DNA from: an uncultured delta proteobacterium
Lineage (GTDB): Bacteria; Myxococcota_A; Polyangia; Polyangiales; B10-G4
Direction: 5' to 3'
DNA length: 64,000 nucleotides
Assembly: GCA_963727445.1 (NCBI GenBank)
Contig: CAVSGI010000015.1
Span: 1 to 64,000 of the forward strand
Shown here: positions 1 through 11,767 of the stretch, one piece after another
Layout of the letters: the number at the start of each line of letters is the position of its first letter
Numbering within the stretch: position 1 is the first letter of the stretch
Notes under the pieces: model-generated
What the model saw: the letters and a program-made list of their open reading frames with translations, nothing else
Told to the model about the DNA's origin: nothing
The model's database searches: none
Program-made: the position numbers and the translations under genes

Positions 1-1055
1 CATCGCGTGCGCTTCCTGTCACATGCCGGCGGACCACGCGGGCGATCAGCTCGCGCTCGGGCGCGGGCAGGGCGCGACGGGAACCGGGATCGCGCGAGAG
101 GGCGGCGAGACGCTTCCGCGCAACACCGTGTCGCCCTTCAACCGGAGCTTCGCGGAGAGCCTCTTCTGGGATGGGCGCGTGGAGAAGCTTCCGGATGGCT
201 CGCTGTCGGCGCCGGTGCCGCTGCCCGAGGGGACGCGGACGCTCCTCGAGGCGCAGGCGCTGATACCGATCCTGAATCGCAGCGAGATGCGCGGTCAGGT
301 GGGTGACGTCGACACGTTGGGCAATTTCGAACGAGCTCGCGGTGATCGGCGACGACGACCCGGACGCGGTGTGGGCCGGGGTGATGGCCCGGCTCATGGC
401 CATCGACGAGTATCGCTCGCTCTTCGCGGCGGCGTTCCCGACCGTGCCGGAGGGTGAGCACGGTCCCGTGCATCTGGCGCGCGCCATCTCGCGCTTCGAG
501 ATGCGCTTGTGGGAGCTGACCGACACGCCCTTCGATCTGTATCTGGGCAACGAGCATCAGCCCGCGGACGACGAGATGCTGAAGGGCGATCCGAAGCGCG
601 GGGCCGAGCTGTTCTTCGGCGATGCGGGGTGTTTCCGTTGTCACTCGGGGCCGCTCTTGAGCGACGGCGGCTATCACAACATCGGCGTGCCGAGCTACGG
701 GCCGGGCGTGCGCGACGGGATCGACGAAGGGCGCTTTCTCGTGACGGGAGATCCGGCGGATCGCTTCGCGTTCAGGACGCCGCCTCTACGCAACGTCGCG
801 ATGACCGCTCCCTACATGCACAACGGCACGGCGCCCACCCTCGAAGACGCGATCCGCCAGCACATGAGCGCCGGAGTCGACCCCGACATCGCCGCCACCC
901 TCGACCCGGACCGAGCCCCCCTCAGCCCTCTCGGCGACGACGACATCCGCCTCCTCGTCGCCTTCCTCGAAGCCCTCACCTCGAACACCGAACGATCCGT
1001 CACCTTCCGCGACGGCGTCCCCTTCGAAGTCCCCAGCCACCTCCCCCTCGACTAA
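1..1055 (+). CDS. Di-heme cytochrome c peroxidase (MauG/CCP family), 5'-partial, one frameshift near 327
   Basis: Frame +2 at the window start reads IACASCH (CxxCH), then PRNT..LFWDGR. Removing one base at ggcaatttcgaac joins it to ORF 303..1055, which has CFRCH, FRTPPLRNVAMTAPYMHNG and LVAFLEALT. Confidence 0.85.
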
Positions 1056-1056
1056 C

Positions 1057-1322
1057 GGGGACGGTCTACACTTTTCAACTTTCCCCGGACCAACGGGGAC
1101 GGACCAATGGGGACGGTCTACACTTTTCAACTTTCCCCGAACCAAGGGACGCGAAAGTTGAAAAGTGTAGACCGTCCCCCAAGGCGCGAACGGGGGACGC
1201 GAAAGTTGAAAAGTGTAGACCTCCCCCAAGGCGCGAACGGGGGACGCGAAAGTTGAAAAGTGTAGACCGTCCCCCAAGGCGCGAACGGGGGAGGCGAAAG
1301 TTGAAAAGTGTAGACCGTCCCC
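1057..1322. repeat. Cluster of six ~27 bp REP-like units (GGGGACGGTCTACACTTTTCAACTTT[C]); two forward, four reverse, the reverse ones in a 47-48 bp tandem
   Basis: Forward copies at 1057 and 1109. Reverse-complement copies at 1153, 1201, 1248 and 1296, separated by near-identical ~21 bp linkers. Lies between two convergent stop codons. Confidence 0.9.
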
Positions 1323-1343
1323 TTAGAGGACGGGTTCGTCCCC

Positions 1344-3629
<2,286 letters not shown>

Positions 3630-3639
3630 ACCTTCACCC

Positions 3640-3855
3640 CTATGCGCCCCCCGCATCGGTCAACACGAAGGTGATCTTCATGTTCACCCGGTACTCCGTG
3701 ACCCTGCCGTCCTTCACGACGACCTTCATGTCCTGGACCCAGGCCCCCTCCACGTTCTTGAGGGTGCGCGAGGCCCGCTCCACCCCGACTTGGATGGCGT
3801 CTTCGAAGCCCTTTGGAGACGACGCCGTGATCTCGGTGACGCGTGCAACGCTCAT
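3640..3855 (-). CDS. Dodecin family flavin-binding protein
   Basis: 71 aa, MSVARVTEITASSPKGFEDAI...EYRVNMKITFVL, typical of dodecins; GGGAGGGA RBS upstream. Confidence 0.9.
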   Translation of the reverse strand: MSVARVTEITASSPKGFEDAIQVGVERASRTLKNVEGAWVQDMKVVVKDGRVTEYRVNMKITFVLTDAGGA

Positions 3856-3989
3856 GATTCCCTCCCGGCCGGAGGGGGATGATAGGGATTTCGTGGGGAA
3901 TTGAACACGGAGGCCGGGAGATGGAGCGCTGGACCTCCGGACCCGGCCAAAGCGTGGCCACATCCCGGTGATCTCGCTAAGATGCGGGT

Positions 3990-5789
3990 GTGACTTCTCG
4001 TGCAGCGCCCATCGGCCTGCTCCTCCTCTTGCTTGTCTCTGGGTGTGGGGGCGAGGCATCGCCTCTGGGCTGGACGATCAATTTCGAAAACCCCGACGAC
4101 CTGACGGGCACCGCGGTCGTCACGACGACCGTCATCGAGGGCGGCTGCGACAGCGGTGGCTCCATCGTCTACCGCGGCAGCATCACCCTGCCCGACGGCT
4201 CGGCGCCCGCGCCGATGAACGAGCTCGGCTCGGGCACGTATGGGTTCAGGGTCGAGGCGCGCAGCAATGCGTGCACCACCATCTCCCAGACCTGCAAGGA
4301 CTACGATCTCCCCCTCGATCAGGCGACGATCACGTCCACGCTGCCCACTGGGTCCATGGACGGAACGGGCTGCTTGCCGGGCACGCGCTGTGATGGTGCC
4401 GGCAACTGCGAGCCCATCCCCATGGGCGACGGCGGCATGATGGTCCCCTGCGAGATGGAGAACTCCGCCTGCGACGACGGGATGGGCGTCACTGGCGTGT
4501 GCCACGGGGGAAGTTGCTGCTTCGGCTGCTGGGATGGCAGTGAGTGTCAGACTGGAACGACGCCCTCGGCATGTGGCTCAGCGGGAGGGATGTGCGCATC
4601 CTGCGATCCGGGCGACTCGTGTCAGGGATCGTCGTGCATGGGAACGTCATCGGGCGCTGACTTCGCCCTCAGCCCGCGCGCGGTGTTCTACAAGCACACG
4701 AACGGTTCGTACTGGGCCAACGGCGACGATGAGCAGTATCAGCAGCTCGGGCCGGTCGCCGCAGCCGGGAACTTCCTTCGTGGGTATACGGGCTCTCTAC
4801 AGTTCGTGGACATCGCCGCCGCAGAGACCGCCACGGCAGGGATCGAAGAGGGAACCGGCGCCCTCTACACCTGGGGAACGAACGGAGTGGGCATCCTCGG
4901 CTCCGGCTCCACCAACTTCGACGAGGTCGTCACCGCTCCGACCCACGTCGACACGACCCGCGCGTATCGGCAAGTGAGTGGCGTGTCGAGCTTCTTCTGC
5001 GCCATCCAGACGAATGGCTCGCTCTACTGCTGGGGGGGTGGCACATCGGGACAGCTCGGTTCCCCGAGCACTTTCCAATCCACCCCCACACGCGTCGGAG
5101 ACAGCAAGTGGATCATGGTGGATGCGGGGTTCGAGCACGCCTGCGGAATTCGCGACGACCGCGCGCTCTTTTGCTGGGGCAAGGGGGAGAGTGGTCGGCT
5201 GGGTGATGGCGCCACCATCGACCGCACTTCCCCATCGCGTGTGGGGACCGACAACGACTGGGTCGAGGTCTCGGCGGGCCAGGGGCATACCTGCGGCATC
5301 CGCGTCGTGTCGGGCCAGCGGAAGCTCTACTGCTGGGGCCGAACCACCTCGGGCGTTCTCGGCATCGGCGACCCCGGCATGGTGATGGAGATGCCGACCC
5401 CGCAGCAGGTCGGGGCCGGTGACCTGATCGAAAACGGTTGGGTCCACATCTCGGCCGGCTCGTATGACACCTGTGGGCTGATCGACCGTGGAATGGGCGA
5501 TGGGGTCGAAGCTTACTGCTGGGGGTTCACCGGCTTCGGCGCGCATGGGGGTGGCAGCACGATGATGGCGACGGTGCTCAGCCCAGCACCCGTCGCCCTG
5601 GGGAGCAATACCGGCTGGACGAGCATCACCGCTGGCTTCCAACAGTCCTGTGGGGTCGCGAGCGGCACACCGTATTGTTGGGGAGATAGCCGGCTGATGA
5701 TGGACATCGACAAGACCTGGCTCGGAGTCGGCGCGACCGACTCGGTGGCCACGCCCACCGAAGTCATCTTCAGCCCAGCGTTGCCTTAG
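3990..5789 (+). CDS. Lipoprotein with a Cys-rich region and RCC1/BLIP-II repeat beta-propeller
   Basis: Lipobox LLVSGC; repeated LYCWG..GQLG / AGxxHTCGI motifs. Confidence 0.85.
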   Translation: MTSRAAPIGLLLLLLVSGCGGEASPLGWTINFENPDDLTGTAVVTTTVIEGGCDSGGSIVYRGSITLPDGSAPAPMNELGSGTYGFRVEARSNACTTISQTCKDYDLPLDQATITSTLPTGSMDGTGCLPGTRCDGAGNCEPIPMGDGGMMVPCEMENSACDDGMGVTGVCHGGSCCFGCWDGSECQTGTTPSACGSAGGMCASCDPGDSCQGSSCMGTSSGADFALSPRAVFYKHTNGSYWANGDDEQYQQLGPVAAAGNFLRGYTGSLQFVDIAAAETATAGIEEGTGALYTWGTNGVGILGSGSTNFDEVVTAPTHVDTTRAYRQVSGVSSFFCAIQTNGSLYCWGGGTSGQLGSPSTFQSTPTRVGDSKWIMVDAGFEHACGIRDDRALFCWGKGESGRLGDGATIDRTSPSRVGTDNDWVEVSAGQGHTCGIRVVSGQRKLYCWGRTTSGVLGIGDPGMVMEMPTPQQVGAGDLIENGWVHISAGSYDTCGLIDRGMGDGVEAYCWGFTGFGAHGGGSTMMATVLSPAPVALGSNTGWTSITAGFQQSCGVASGTPYCWGDSRLMMDIDKTWLGVGATDSVATPTEVIFSPALP

Positions 5790-5801
5790 GGTTCAGTGGG
5801 C

Positions 5802-6110
5802 TCACTGGTGGCTCTTGAAGAGCTGATTCAGCGCCCAGACCTCGACGGCGCGGAGGCTGCCGAACTGGGCGCCGCAGCCTTCGGCGGTGACCCAGCGAAT
5901 GGTGACCGGGACGGTGGCCGGTTCCTTGAGCGCCGGCAGCGGCAGGCGTACCTTCGCCTGTGCCCCGAAGGGGAGCTTGTCCTCCACCTTCATGAAGAGA
6001 CCGCCCAGGCTGAGGTTGATGGTGCGCCCTTTGATCTCGCGATCTTCGATCAGGATGATGACGTCGAGCTCGTGCTCGAATCGTTCGTGGACGCGGCGTT
6101 GCTCGGACAT
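5802..6110 (-). CDS. PilZ domain protein
   Basis: RRVHER (RxxxR) and NLSLGG (D/NxSxxG); C-terminal GAQF. Confidence 0.85.
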   Translation of the reverse strand: MSEQRRVHERFEHELDVIILIEDREIKGRTINLSLGGLFMKVEDKLPFGAQAKVRLPLPALKEPATVPVTIRWVTAEGCGAQFGSLRAVEVWALNQLFKSHQ

Positions 6111-6130
6111 GGAGGAAGGGTTGATTACCG

Positions 6131-6991
6131 GTGGCTGAGGAGCCAGTCAAGGATGGCCCCGAGAACGCTGGCCGGCGCAAGCTCACGCCGAGCGGTGCGC
6201 TGCTGCTCACCACGGTATTACTCGCGTCTCTGGGCCTGGTGGCGCTCGCGATACCCCGGCCGGTGGCCCCCACCGAGACGCCCGGACTGCACCTGTCGAA
6301 GACCCGGATCCGAGAGGCCGAGCGTCTCGACCGCCGCCGCGCCGCCGCCGCGCCCGAGGGCTTGATGGCCGAACAGATCCTCGATGCCTATTACCGGCAG
6401 GGGGTCGCGGAGCGTGATGGGACCACGCAGAACAGCTTCCAACACGATCGCCGCTCCATCGTTCGCGCGCTGGCCCTCCTCGAGCAGGAGCACGGCGAGG
6501 AGGCGCTGCTCTCGATCCAGGCGAGCGTCGTCGAGCGCCTCGACGACGCCTTGTCGGGCCAGATGGACGAAGACGAGGAGAAGGCCTTCCTCGGCGGCTT
6601 CGAGCGGATGATGGCGACCTACGACGTGGTCAGGGAGGGCGAGTGGCGCGCGCCGGAGATCGTCGTGCGCGCGCTCTTCAAGGCGCGCTTCAACGGCGCC
6701 CTTCACCGCCCCCTGACCGAAGGCCTGCATCCAATCGAGCTCGAAGCCTACTGGGGGTGGCTCGCCCTCGAGGCCGAGAGCGCCCCCATCGACCGCCGCC
6801 TCGAAGCCCTCGACATCTACGAAGAGGTCAGCGGCCACGAGGAGAAGGAGGCGCGCGCCGTCCTGCTCTTTCGCGCCGGCCAATTCCTCGAAGCCGCCGA
6901 GCTCTTCGAGCAGTCCTACGCAGACACCGGCAGCATCCGCTTCCGCAACCACGCCATGGCCGCCATGGCCGAAGCGGAAGCGGTGATGTAG
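6131..6991 (+). CDS. Hypothetical membrane-anchored protein with TPR-like C-terminus
   Basis: 286 aa ORF with coding-like codon usage, N-terminal hydrophobic helix and helical C-terminus. Confidence 0.65.
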   Translation: MAEEPVKDGPENAGRRKLTPSGALLLTTVLLASLGLVALAIPRPVAPTETPGLHLSKTRIREAERLDRRRAAAAPEGLMAEQILDAYYRQGVAERDGTTQNSFQHDRRSIVRALALLEQEHGEEALLSIQASVVERLDDALSGQMDEDEEKAFLGGFERMMATYDVVREGEWRAPEIVVRALFKARFNGALHRPLTEGLHPIELEAYWGWLALEAESAPIDRRLEALDIYEEVSGHEEKEARAVLLFRAGQFLEAAELFEQSYADTGSIRFRNHAMAAMAEAEAVM

Positions 6992-7232
6992 CGCCGATCC
7001 GCAGTGGGAATTCCTGGTACCAGAAACTCGTCCGAGACTGATCCACCACGTGCCGGAGGGTCTCACCCGGGGTGTCCGTCAGTGCCAACGCGCACGCAGT
7101 GCTCCACTCGCACTGGCACGGGCCACTGCGCCGGGGATGATGGCTCATCCCTCCAGCTGTGACCGCGATCGCCCCGTCGCCCCATCGCAGCTCGCCTCAA
7201 CGCGCAGCTCGCAGCGCGGCCCGTCTCCGCGC

Positions 7233-7375
7233 ACCGATCTCACACCCATCACGCGATGCCTTCGACTTCGGTTCGCCCTCGCGGACCGCTCTCACACCCA
7301 TCGCCCGATGCCTTCGACTTCGGTTCGCCCTCGCGGACCGCTCTCGCACCCATCACGCGATGCCTTCGACCTCGG
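7233..7375. repeat. 52 bp tandem repeat, ~2.7 copies
   Basis: accg(a/c)tctc(a/g)cacccatc..gatgccttcgac(t/c)tcgg units start at 7233, 7285 and 7337. Confidence 0.9.
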
Positions 7376-7441
7376 CCCGTCCTGCGCGGATGGTCGGCCA
7401 AAACCGAACACCGTCCCCAGGCTCTACGCTGTCCCCAAACT

Positions 7442-8239
7442 CTACGCTTCTTCGGCCTCAGGCTCGTCGTCGTGATGGCGTCGCCGGCGTCGCAGGCCAG
7501 CGCGGGAGAGGTTGAAGAGCGCCTCGAGGATGCCGATGACGATGTAGCTCGTCAGGAGCCACACCAGGGCGAAGGAGACGTGGTAGCGCAGGGCGATGGC
7601 GACGCTGCTCGACAGCGCCAGGGTCACGAAGAACACCGTGCGCCAGGAGAGCTTGAGGTCTTTGAAGGAGCGGAACTTGATGGTGCTGACCATGAAGAAG
7701 GCCAGCGCCAGCACCACGCAGAGCATCACCACCGGGCCGCCGGGCAGCACGTCCTCGACGCTGTGGTTGGCGACGACGAGGGAGACCAGGATGCCGGCCG
7801 CCCCCGGGATGGGTAGGCCCATGATGTACTTGCCCGGCTTCTTGGGCGCGCCTCGCTCGCCCATCGCCTGCACGTTGAAGCGCGCGAGCCGAATCGCGCC
7901 GCAGGCCACGTAGGCGAAGGACGCGAGCACCCCGAGCATCTCGAGCTGCTTCAGCGACAGCTCGTAGACCAGCACCGCCGGCGCCACGCCGAAAGAGCAG
8001 ACGTCGGCGAGCGAGTCGATCTGCACGCCGAAGGCGCTCTGCGTCCGCGTCATGCGCGCGACGCGCCCGTCGATCGCATCGAAGAACATCGCGAAGACGA
8101 TCAGGAGCGAGGCGCGATAGAAGTCGTCACCGGTGGGCTCCGACGCGCAGATGAGGATCGCGTAGAAGCCGCAGAAGATACTGCTGAGGGTGAAGAGGTT
8201 CGGCAGTATGAACAGGCTCTTCCGAAGGTCGACCTTCAC
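7442..8239 (-). CDS. pssA: CDP-diacylglycerol--serine O-phosphatidyltransferase
   Basis: ILPNLFT, DAIDGRVAR...FGVQIDSLADVCSFGVAP (CDP-alcohol phosphotransferase motif), RLARFN, GLPIP. Confidence 0.93.
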   Translation of the reverse strand: MKVDLRKSLFILPNLFTLSSIFCGFYAILICASEPTGDDFYRASLLIVFAMFFDAIDGRVARMTRTQSAFGVQIDSLADVCSFGVAPAVLVYELSLKQLEMLGVLASFAYVACGAIRLARFNVQAMGERGAPKKPGKYIMGLPIPGAAGILVSLVVANHSVEDVLPGGPVVMLCVVLALAFFMVSTIKFRSFKDLKLSWRTVFFVTLALSSSVAIALRYHVSFALVWLLTSYIVIGILEALFNLSRAGLRRRRRHHDDEPEAEEA

Positions 8240-8358
8240 TGTTCGCTCCGCTTCATCCCGAACATGCGAACAGTACGTCTGGCAGGCTGTGGTGTCCAGG
8301 ACAGCTGCGCACCCGAGGCCCATTGGCCCACCTCGCCGATTGGGGCTACGGTCTAATC

Positions 8359-8895
8359 ATGCTTCGCTTCGTCCTCGCTCTGGCCCTCCTCGTGGGAAGC
8401 GGCTGCAACGGCGGCGGCGACCTCACCCCCGAGGAGTCGCTCTCGAAGAGCTGCAACGGCGACGTTATCCCCAACTGCCGCCCCTATGAGTACGCGATCG
8501 TGCGTGAGGCCTCCGTCTCCCCCGACGGGGTCGAGGTCGGAGACCCCCTCGCCACCATCGACGTCCGCTTCGTCATCGACGCCTGCGCCGACGCGCCGAT
8601 GATGCATGCCGTCAGCCTTCAGGCCGTGGACGCCACCGGGGGCGCGGGCGACTCCGACGCCGGCCCGACTGGCCGCATGACCACCCTCGACACCTTCTAC
8701 GACAACTCTTCGCGTGACGACAACATGGAGGTCGGCGTCTTCGAAGGAAGCGTGCAAAACTTCTTCCTCATGGCGCTGGTCAACCCGAACACCGACCTAG
8801 TTCTGACCTTCGAGCCCCGGATCGACGTCTGCCATGGTGGGTCAATCGAGCTGCCGTATAGCACCGGCCCCGCGTATGTAGTGGGCGGCCCCTGA
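8359..8895 (+). CDS. Hypothetical lipoprotein
   Basis: Signal peptide ending LVGSGC; several Cys; 178 aa. Confidence 0.65.
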   Translation: MLRFVLALALLVGSGCNGGGDLTPEESLSKSCNGDVIPNCRPYEYAIVREASVSPDGVEVGDPLATIDVRFVIDACADAPMMHAVSLQAVDATGGAGDSDAGPTGRMTTLDTFYDNSSRDDNMEVGVFEGSVQNFFLMALVNPNTDLVLTFEPRIDVCHGGSIELPYSTGPAYVVGGP

Positions 8896-10674
8896 GGGCG
8901 GCACCACCGCGGACGGGTCGACGGCCTCGCGCGTTTCACCACCGGACGGTGGCGCCGGTTGCGGACGCAGGCGCTGGGCTGCCGCCGCACGCCGCTCGGC
9001 CCGCGCACGCACCCGCGGGTTCTCGTAGACCGTCACCACCGGCACGCCATCGTAACTGAGCACCTTCACCGGCTCGACCGTGCCGTAGGCCATCCACGCC
9101 TGGAACTCGACCTCTGCGAAGTGCTCCTCGAGGTGCACCAGCGCGTAGTCGGCGCTGCCGATGTCGCCCGAGGCGCGGATGTTGTCGGGGATCAGCCCAT
9201 CCCGCTGCATCATGTTCCACGACACCCAGGTCGCGTCGCAGATGTAGACGCTCCCCCCTTCGGGCATCGCCTCGCGGAACCACCTGGCGAGGCCGCCGTG
9301 GATGTACCCCCAGAACTGGCGGTTCATCCCGTCGTCGGCGGCGCCGGGCAGCCCGCCCGCGGGGTAGCTGTAGAAGGCGAGGCCCATCGGATGCGCGTGC
9401 GCCGTCTGCACCACCCCCGGCAAGAGGCAGAGCCCGGCGAGCGCGACCGGAACCGCCGTGGACAGCGCCCGCGGCAGGTGCCTGTGGACGATCCGCTGCG
9501 CCACCAGCGACATCCGCCGAAAGCCCGCGCCCGCGAAGAGCGCCAGGAAGGGATAGGCCGTGAACCAGTGCTTGGTTCCGCCGAAGATGGGCGAGCTGGG
9601 CAGTGCGATGGCGAGCATCGGCGCGAGCAGACAGCCGAAGAAGAGCACGTCCGTCGCGCGCGCGTCCGCCTCCACCCGGCCGTGAGGCCACAGGCGATGA
9701 TCGAGCCCCGGCGGAAGCAGCGCCCGCGCCCGGCTCGCGATGCCCGCCAGCGCCAGGAGCGAGGTGGTCGCCGGCAGCGTGTACCAGGTCATCACGAAGG
9801 GCACCGAGAAGGGGAACGGCGGCTGCCACCAGCTGTAGCCGAGGTACTGGTAGACGTAGTGCTCGTGGTGGAGGTGGAAGCCGCCGTATCCGTCGAGGCG
9901 TGAAAGCGTGTCGAACCACATCCACGGCCAGAGCAGGATGAAGATGGCCGGCCCGATGGCCAGCATGCCGAAGAGCCACCAGGGGACGTAGGTCGCGCGT
10001 TTCGCGCGCCCGCTCTTGCGCCTGCGTCGCTCCCGCCAGACGACGATGGTCCAGTGGATCAGGTAGATGCCCGGCAGGATCCAGGTGTTGTGCTTCGTCT
10101 CGAGCGACAGGCCGATGGCCAGGCCGGCCAACAGCGCCCACGACGGCTTGTCGAGGGACCGCCAGTAGCAATAGGTGGTGAAGAGCGTCGACAGCACGAT
10201 CGGGATGTCGAAGCAGTTCAGATGCGCGTGGTAGAAGGGGCGCGGCATCGCGGCGAAGGCAAAGGCCGCGAAGGCGCCGGCGGCGCGCCCGTAACTGCGC
10301 GCGCCGAAGATGAAGATGAGCCACAGGATCAGGCCGGCGGAAACCATCGCCGGGAATCGATGAGCCTTGGTGGCGCTGTCGAAGATCTCCCAGCGCTCCT
10401 GCGCGAGGTTCGACAGCGCGAAGAGCGACTTTGCGAGCGCGGGGTGCTCGTGGTTGTATCCCCAGTAGCGGTCGATGGACTGCTGCGTGAAAGCGGTCGC
10501 CGGGTCTTCGGCGAGGACCTTCATCCACGCGCCGTACTGCTGCGCCGCCTCGACGTAGAAGCTCTCGTCGCGGGTCATGGCGAGGTCGTTCGCCGTCGCC
10601 ATCAGCATGGAGACGTAGACCACGCAGAGGATCAGGCCGAAGAGGTGCTCGCGCCATCCGACCGGACGCCTCAA
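8842..10674 (-). CDS. GT-C fold glycosyltransferase (ArnT/PMT, family 39-like)
   Basis: RDESFY acidic loop, NHEHPALAK, many TM helices, LETKHN. Confidence 0.8.
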   Translation of the reverse strand: MRRPVGWREHLFGLILCVVYVSMLMATANDLAMTRDESFYVEAAQQYGAWMKVLAEDPATAFTQQSIDRYWGYNHEHPALAKSLFALSNLAQERWEIFDSATKAHRFPAMVSAGLILWLIFIFGARSYGRAAGAFAAFAFAAMPRPFYHAHLNCFDIPIVLSTLFTTYCYWRSLDKPSWALLAGLAIGLSLETKHNTWILPGIYLIHWTIVVWRERRRRKSGRAKRATYVPWWLFGMLAIGPAIFILLWPWMWFDTLSRLDGYGGFHLHHEHYVYQYLGYSWWQPPFPFSVPFVMTWYTLPATTSLLALAGIASRARALLPPGLDHRLWPHGRVEADARATDVLFFGCLLAPMLAIALPSSPIFGGTKHWFTAYPFLALFAGAGFRRMSLVAQRIVHRHLPRALSTAVPVALAGLCLLPGVVQTAHAHPMGLAFYSYPAGGLPGAADDGMNRQFWGYIHGGLARWFREAMPEGGSVYICDATWVSWNMMQRDGLIPDNIRASGDIGSADYALVHLEEHFAEVEFQAWMAYGTVEPVKVLSYDGVPVVTVYENPRVRARAERRAAAAQRLRPQPAPPSGGETREAVDPSAVVPPSGAAHYIRGAGAIRQLD

Positions 10675-11705
10675 AGCTCGCCCTCCCGGTGGCCTGAACG
10701 GATGGTCGCCGTCCAGCAGAAGGTCCGGTAGCGGTTGTTGGGCGTCGTCACCTCGATGGTGAAATCGCCGCGGGCCTCGGGAGCGGCCGCGGCCTCCTCC
10801 GCGGTGCGCGTCTCGAGGGTGATCGCCTTCCAGCCGTCGAGATCCCGATGCACCATCCGCCCGATCGCTTCGCCATCCACCAGCACGCGCGCGGTGATGG
10901 GCGCTCCGGTGCCCTCGCGCTCGTGGCGGTTGTAGAGGCCGCCATACATCACGAAGCGCTCACCGAGGGGAACGTTCCGGAACGTGGTCCGGATGGGCTC
11001 GGTCCCCTGCGGGTGGTTGTAGATGCAGTAGCGCGGCTTGTACTCGAGGTCCTCCACCATGGTCTCCCCGACCCAGAAGACCTGACCGTTGCACGCGAAG
11101 CGCTCCGCCGGCACCACCGAGCCCTGCGCGAGACCGCTCCGCGGGGGCTGTGGCTGGCGCCGCCACGGACAGGGCTCGGTCCTTCCGTTTTGCACCATCT
11201 CCACCCGCGCACCCCGGAGGTTCTCGAGGAAGTCGTACTCCACGGTGCTGGGGCCGAGGTCCCATCGGCTGAGGGTGATGCGACCGAAGTCCATCACCTC
11301 GTCGGCGGGCCGCGTCGGAGAGGCGTTCGAGCGATGTCCCCGTATCGACAGCTCGTAGATGCGTTCGTAGTTGGCGTCGTCACTCGCGCCCGCCATCGAC
11401 AGCGGGATCAAGTCGCCGAGCTCGTGACGTAGGAGTGGGTCGGCCCAGTAGGGCGCCATCACGATGCGGTCGGTCGCGTCGTGATGCTCACGGACGTAGG
11501 TGGCCGCGTTCGACCAATCGGACTCGGTCGGCACGCGGGCGACGATGACCTCCTGGCCGACCAGCTCGGCCAGAGCGATGACCGGCAGCACCAGCCAGAG
11601 CGCCCGATGCACTCTCCGGGCTCTGGGCAAGTCTCCCGGCTCGGGAGGCTGGCTCAGCGAGGGGGGCCCCACGACCGGAGGGGACTCGGACGACGCGCGG
11701 GCCAT
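10671..11705 (-). CDS. Hypothetical membrane-anchored periplasmic protein, translationally coupled to the GT-C gene
   Basis: N-terminal TM segment followed by a beta-rich domain; its stop overlaps the next start. Confidence 0.7.
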   Translation of the reverse strand: MARASSESPPVVGPPSLSQPPEPGDLPRARRVHRALWLVLPVIALAELVGQEVIVARVPTESDWSNAATYVREHHDATDRIVMAPYWADPLLRHELGDLIPLSMAGASDDANYERIYELSIRGHRSNASPTRPADEVMDFGRITLSRWDLGPSTVEYDFLENLRGARVEMVQNGRTEPCPWRRQPQPPRSGLAQGSVVPAERFACNGQVFWVGETMVEDLEYKPRYCIYNHPQGTEPIRTTFRNVPLGERFVMYGGLYNRHEREGTGAPITARVLVDGEAIGRMVHRDLDGWKAITLETRTAEEAAAAPEARGDFTIEVTTPNNRYRTFCWTATIRSGHREGEL

Positions 11706-11767
11706 GTGCCGCGGGAGCATTGAGGCTCGGCACTATCGTGTCAACGCAAGTCCGAAAAGACGCGTCG

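Noticed and set aside
1057..1322. CRISPR array
   Set aside because: The spacers are near-identical and only ~21 bp, repeats occur in both orientations, and there are no cas genes in the window.
7113..7130. Sigma-54-like TGGCACGGGCCACTGC
   Set aside because: The GG-to-GC spacing is 11 rather than 10, and there is no downstream plus-strand gene.
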